Below are positions 58,089 through 64,000 of a stretch of 64,000 nt of DNA, one piece after another. Each line of letters begins with the position of its first letter. The first letter of the stretch is position 1. The translations under genes were made by a program, and so were the position numbers. Source of the stretch: Eledone cirrhosa (taxonomy: Eukaryota); assembly GCA_964016885.1 (NCBI GenBank), contig OZ024744.1:123256001-123320000 (forward strand), given 5' to 3'. The notes below the pieces were generated by a model that was given only the letters and a program-made list of their open reading frames with translations, was not told the DNA's origin and did not search any database.

Positions 58089-61000
58089 GTTAACTATCAA
58101 CATAACAGTTATAGGTTTACTAGTTACATATCAACATAACAGTTTTATTAGTTAAATCTCAACATAAGTTTTACTAGTTAACTCTCAAGATAACAGTTTT
58201 ACTAGTTAACTAGTAACATAACATTTTACTAGTTAACTATCAACATAACAGATATAGTTTTACTAATTAACTCTGAACATAACAGTTTTACTAGTTAACT
58301 ATCAACATAACAGTTATAGTTTTACTAGTTAACTCTCAACATAATAGTTTTACTAGTTAACTGGCAACATAACAGTTTTACTAGTTAAATCTCAACATAA
58401 CAGTTTTGCTAGTTAACTCTCATGATAACAGTTTTGCTATTTAACTTTCAACATAACAGTTTTACTAGTTAACTCTCAACATAACAGTTTTACTAGTTAA
58501 TTCTCAGCATAACAGTTTTGCCAGTTAACTATCAACATAAAAGTTATAGTTTTACTAGTTAACTATACACATAACAGTTTTACTAGTTAACTCACAATAT
58601 AACAGTTTTGCTAGTTAACTATCAACATAACAGTTTTACGAGTTAAATATCAACATAATTAGTTTTACTAGTTAACTATCAACATAACAGATATAGTTTT
58701 ACTAGCTAATTATCAACATAACAGTTATAGTTTTACTAGTTAACTATCAACATAGTATTTTTTTACTACCTAACTCTCAACATAACAGTTTTATTAGTTA
58801 ACTCTCAACATAAAAGTTTTACTATTTAACTCGCAACATAAGAGTTTTCCTAGTTAACTCGCAACAACAGTTTTACGACTTAACTCTCAGCATAAAGTTT
58901 TACTAGTTAACTATCAACATAACAGTTTTACTAGTTAACTATCAACATAACAGCTATAGATTTACTAGTTAACTATCAACATAACAGTTTTACTAGTTAA
59001 CTCACAATATAACAGTTTTACTAGTTAACTCTCAGCATAAAGGTTTTACTAGTTAACTATCAACATAACAATTTTATAGTTAACTCTCAGCATAACAGTT
59101 TTGTTAGTTAACTATCACCATGAGAGTTTTACTAGTTAACTATCAACATAAAAGATATAGTTTTACTAGCTATCAACATAACAGTTATAGTTTTACTAGT
59201 TAGCAATCAACATAGCAGTTTTACCAGTTAACTATCAACATAACGGTTATAGTTTTACTAGTTACATAGCAGAACAGTTTTATTAGTTAACTCTCAACAT
59301 AACAGTTTTACTAGTTACCTCTCAAGATAACAGTTTTACTAGTTAACTCTCAGCATAACAGTTTTACTAGTTAACTATCAACATAACAGTTTTATTAGTT
59401 AACTCGTAACATAACATTTTACTAGTTAACTATCAACATAACAGATATAGAATTACTAGTTAACTCTGAACATAACAGTTTTACTAGTTAACTATCAACA
59501 TAACAGTTAGTTTTACTAGTTAACTCTCAACATAATAGTTTTACTAGTTAACTCGCAACATAACAGTTTTACTAGTTAACTCTCAACATAACAGTTTTAC
59601 TAGTTAACTCTCAAAATAACAGTTTTGCTATTTAACTTTCAACATAACAGTTTTACTAGTTAACTATCAACATAACAGTTTTACTAGTTAACTATCAACA
59701 TAACAGTTATGGTTTTACTAATTACATATCAACATAACAGTTTTACTAGTTAACTCACCACATAAAGGTTTTACTAGTTAACTATCAACATAAAAGATAG
59801 TTTTACTAGCTAACTATCAACATAACAGTTATAGTTTTACTAGTTAGCAATCAACATAGCAGTTTTACTAGTTAACTATCAACATAACAGTTATAGGTTT
59901 ACTAGTTACATATCAACATAACAGTTTTATTAGTTAACTCTCAACATAAGTTTTACTAGTTAACTCTCAAGATAACAGTTTTACTAGTTAACTAGTAACA
60001 TAACATTTACTAGTTAACTATCAACATAACAGATATAGTTTTACTAATTAACTCTGAACATAACAGTTTTACTAGTTAACTATCAACATAACAGTTATAG
60101 TTTTACTAGTTAACTCTCAACATAATAGTTTTACTAGTTAACTGGCAACATAACAGTTTTACTAGTTAAATCTCAACATAACAGTTTTACTAGTTAACTC
60201 TCATGATAACAGTTTTGCTATTTAACTTTCAACATAACAGTTTTACTAGTTAACTATCAACATAACAGTTTTACTAGTTAACTATCAGCATAACAGATAT
60301 AGTTTTACTAGTTTAACTCTCAACATAAGAGTTTTACTAGTTAACTATCAACATAACAGTTATAGTTTTACTAGTTAACTCTCAACATAATAGTTTTACT
60401 AGTTAACTCACAACATAAAAGTTATACTAGTTAACTCTCAAGATAATAATTTTACTAGTTAACTCACAACATAACACTTTTACTAGTTAACTCTCAGCAT
60501 AACAGTTTTGCTATTTAACTATCAACATAACAGTTTTACTAGTTAACTCACAACATAACAGCTTTACTAGTTAACTCTCAACATAAAAGTTTTACTAGTT
60601 AATTCTCAGCATAAAGGTTTTACTAGTTAACTCTCAGCTAGTTAACTCTTTGTTAGTTAACTATCTTTACTAGTTAACTCTTTGTTAGTTAACTATCAAC
60701 ATGAGAGTTTTACTAGTTAACTATCAACATAAAAGATATAGTTTTACTAGCTATCAACATAACAGTTATAGTTTTACTAGTTATCAATCAACATAGCAGT
60801 TTTACCAGTTAACTATCAACATAACGGTTATAGTTTTACTAGTTACATAGCAGAACAGTTTTATTAGTTAACTCTCAACATAACAATTTTACTAGTTACC
60901 TCTCAAGATAACTGTTTTACTAGTTAACTCTCAGCATAACAGTTTTACTAGTTAACTATCAACATAACAGTTTTACTAGTTAACTATCAACATAACAGTT

Positions 61001-64000
61001 AGTTTTACTAGTTAACTCTCAACATAATAGTTTTACTAGTTAACTCGCAACATAACAGTTTTACGAGTTAACTCTCAACATAATAGTTTTACTAGTTAAC
61101 TCGCAACATAACAGTTTTACTAGTTAACTCTCAACATAACAGTTGTACTAGTTAACTCTCAAAATAACAGTTTTGCTATTTAACTTTCAACATAACAGTT
61201 TTACTAGTTAACTATCAACATAACAGTTTTACTAGATAACTATCAACATAACAGTTTTACTAGTTAACTCTCAGCATAACAGTTTTACTAGTTAACTCGT
61301 AACATAACATTTTACTAGTTAACTATCAACATAACATATATAGCTTTACTAGTTAACTCTGCAAATAATAGTTTTACTAATTAACTATCAACATAACAGT
61401 TATAGTTTTACTAGTTAACTCTCAACATAACAGTTTTGCTAGTTAACTATCAACATAACACTTTTACTAGTTAAGTACTAACATAACAGTTATAGTTTTA
61501 CTAGTTAACTATCAACATAACAGTTTTACTAGTCAACTCTCAACATAACAGTTTTACTAGTTAACTCTCAGCATAAAAGTTTTACTAGTTAACTATCAAC
61601 ATAACAGTTTTAACAGATAACTATCAACATAACAGTTATAGTTATACAAGTTACCTAATACCATGAGAGTTTTACTAGTTAACTATCGACATAACAGTTA
61701 TAGATTTACTAGTTAACTATCAAGATAGTAGTTTTACTAGTTAACTCTCAACATAACAATTTTACTAGTTAACTCGCAACATAACAGTTTTACTAGTTAA
61801 CTCGCAGCATAACACTTTTGCTAGTTAACTATCAACATAACAGTTATAGATTTACTAATTAACTCTCAACATAACAGTATACTAGTTAACTCTCAGCATA
61901 ACAGCTTTACTAGATAACTATCAACATAACAGTTTTACTATTTAACTATCAACATAACATATAGTTTTACTGGTTAACTCTCAACATAACAGTTTTACTA
62001 GTTAACTCTCAACATAGAAATGTTACTAGTTAACTCGCAACATAACAGTTTTACTAGTTAACCCGCAACATAACAGTTTTGCTAGTTAACTATCAACATA
62101 ACAGTCATAGTTTTACTAATTAACTCTCAACATAACAGTTTTACTAGTTAACTCTCAGCATAACAGCTTTACTAGTTAATTATACACATAACAGTTTTAC
62201 TATTTAACTATCAACATAACAGATAGTTTTACTGGTTAACTCTCAACATAACAGTTTCAATAGTTAACTATCAACATAACAGTCATAATTTTACTAGGTA
62301 ACTATCAACAAAGTAGTTTTACTAGTTAACTCTCAACATAACAGTTTTACTAGTTAAGTCTCAGCATAACAGCTTTACTAGTTGATTATCAACATAACAG
62401 TTTCACTAGTTAACTATCAACATAACAGTTTTACTAGTTAACTATCAACATAACAGTTATAGTTTTACTAGTTAACTATCAACATAACAGTTATAGTTTT
62501 ACTAGTTAACTATCAACATAACAGTTTTACTAGTTAACTCTGAACATAACAGTTTTATTAGTTAACTATCAACATAACAGTTATAGTTTTAATAGTTAAC
62601 TCTCAACATAACAGTTTTACTAGTTAACTCGCAACGTAACAGTTTTACTGGTTAACTCTCAACATAACAGTTTTACTAGTTAACTATCAGCATAAAAGCT
62701 TTGATAGTTAACTATCAACATAAAAGTTTTAATAGTTAACTATCAACATAACAGTTATAGTATTACGAGTTAACTCTCAACATAGTAGTTTTACTAGTTA
62801 ACTCTCTGCATAACAGCTTTACTAGCTAACTATCAACATAACAGTTTTACTATTTAACTATCAACATAACAGATAGTTTTACTGGTTAACTCTCAACATA
62901 ACTATTTGACTAGTTAACTATCAACATAAGTGTTATAGTTTTACTAGGTAACTATCAACATAGTAGTTTTACTAGTTAACTCTCAACATAACAGTTTTAC
63001 TAGTTAACTCGCAACGTAACAGTTTTACTAGTTAACTATCAACATAATTAGTTTTACTAGCTAACTATCAACATAACAGATATAGTTTTACTAGTTAACT
63101 ATCAACATAGTATTTTTTACTACGTAACTCTCAACATAACAGTTTTACTAGTTAACTCTCAACATAAAAGTTTTACTATTTAACTAGCAACATAAGAGTT
63201 TTACTAGTTAACTCGCAACATAACAGTTTTACGTGTTAACTCTCAGCATAACAGTTATAGATGTACTAGTTAACTATCAACATAAAAGATATAGTTTTAC
63301 TAGCTATCAACATAAGTTATAGTTTTACTAGTTAGCAATCAACATAGCAGTTTTACTAGTTAACTATCAACATAACAGTTATGGTTTTACTAATTACATA
63401 TCAACATAACAGTTTTACTAGTTAACACACAAGATAACAGTTTTACTAGTTAACTCTCAGCATAACAGTTTTACTAGTTAACTCGTAACATAACATTTTA
63501 CGAGTTAACTATCAACATAACATATATAGTATTACTAGTTAACTCTGCAAATAATAGTTTTACTAGTTAACTATCAACATAACAGTTATATTTTTACTAG
63601 TTAACTCTCAACATAACAGTTTTGCTAGTTAACTATCAACATAACACTTTTACTAGTTAAGTACTAACATAACAGTTATAGTTTTACTAGTTAACTATCA
63701 ACATAACAGTTTTACTAGTCAATTCTCAACATAACAGTTTTACTAGTTAACTCTCAGCATAAAAGTTTTACTAGTTAACTATCAACATAACAGTTTTAAC
63801 AGATAACTATCAACATAACAGTTATAGTTATACAAGTTACCTAATACCATGAGAGTTTTACTAGTTAACTATCGACATAACAGTTATAGATTTACTAGTT
63901 AACTATCAAGATAGTAGTTTTACTAGTTAACTCTCAACATAACAATTTTACTAGTTAACTCGCAACATAACAGTTTTACTAGTTAACTCGCAGCATAACA
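58089..64000. repeat. Long HOR unit (partial), copy of 1-5912
   Basis: Constant offset of 58,088: marker CC 681/58769, half-monomer block 2538/60626, HindIII 4608/62696, TACGAG variant 5411/63499. Confidence 0.93.

Larger units (their letters stand above)
1..64000. repeat. Tandem satellite DNA array, 28-bp monomer GTTAACT(A/C)TCAACATAACAGTTTTACTA with 34-bp variant (...AACAGTTATAGTTTTACTA); extends past both window ends
   Basis: ACTAGTTAAC recurs every 28 or 34 bp in every line, always in the same orientation. Most monomer junctions carry overlapping SpeI (ACTAGT) and HpaI (GTTAAC) sites. No non-repeat interruption was seen. Confidence 0.99.

Noticed and set aside
1-64000. CRISPR array (repeat length of 28-34 bp and a palindromic core)
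   Set aside because: There are no unique spacers: the sequence between dyads is the same conserved monomer. No leader or cas genes are present.
1-64000. Repetitive protein-coding ORF on either strand
   Set aside because: The plus-strand monomer has TAA/TAA/TAG at positions 3, 15 and 27, and both 28 and 34 shift the frame by one, so each frame is closed about every three monomers. The minus strand has five stops per TATC monomer. ATG is rare on the plus strand.
1-64000. Telomeric repeat, plasmid iterons or Borg-type tandem repeats
   Set aside because: There is no G-rich strand motif and the monomers are heterogeneous with kb-scale HORs. Iteron and Borg arrays are short and lie next to genes, whereas this is at least 64 kb and gene-free.
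1-64000. Entire array as a sequencing or assembly artefact
   Set aside because: Consistent private variants, nested duplications of differing divergence and additive length arithmetic fit real satellite evolution. Exact copy numbers of the largest tiers still need read support.

Overview
The whole 64-kb window is one uninterrupted, head-to-tail, AT-rich satellite DNA array. I found no unique sequence, ORF, RNA gene, mobile element or strand inversion. The consensus monomer is 28 bp, GTTAACT(A/C)TCAACATAACAGTTTTACTA (about 25% GC), with a frequent 34-bp variant carrying a 6-bp AGTTAT duplication; there are roughly 2,100-2,200 monomers (estimate). Neighbouring monomers differ visibly, but their order recurs almost exactly at several nested scales: 62 bp, 412/616 bp, about 1.6-2.2 kb, 2,660 bp, higher-order units of about 6.07 kb (short) and about 7.77 kb (long), a 17.35-17.38 kb tandem duplication, and a 58,088-bp offset match between the two ends of the window. 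This organisation resembles eukaryotic centromeric or pericentromeric higher-order-repeat (HOR) satellite. I cannot name the family or organism, and I see no evidence for a gene-encoded system. All offsets were read by hand from diagnostic variants, not from a full alignment.
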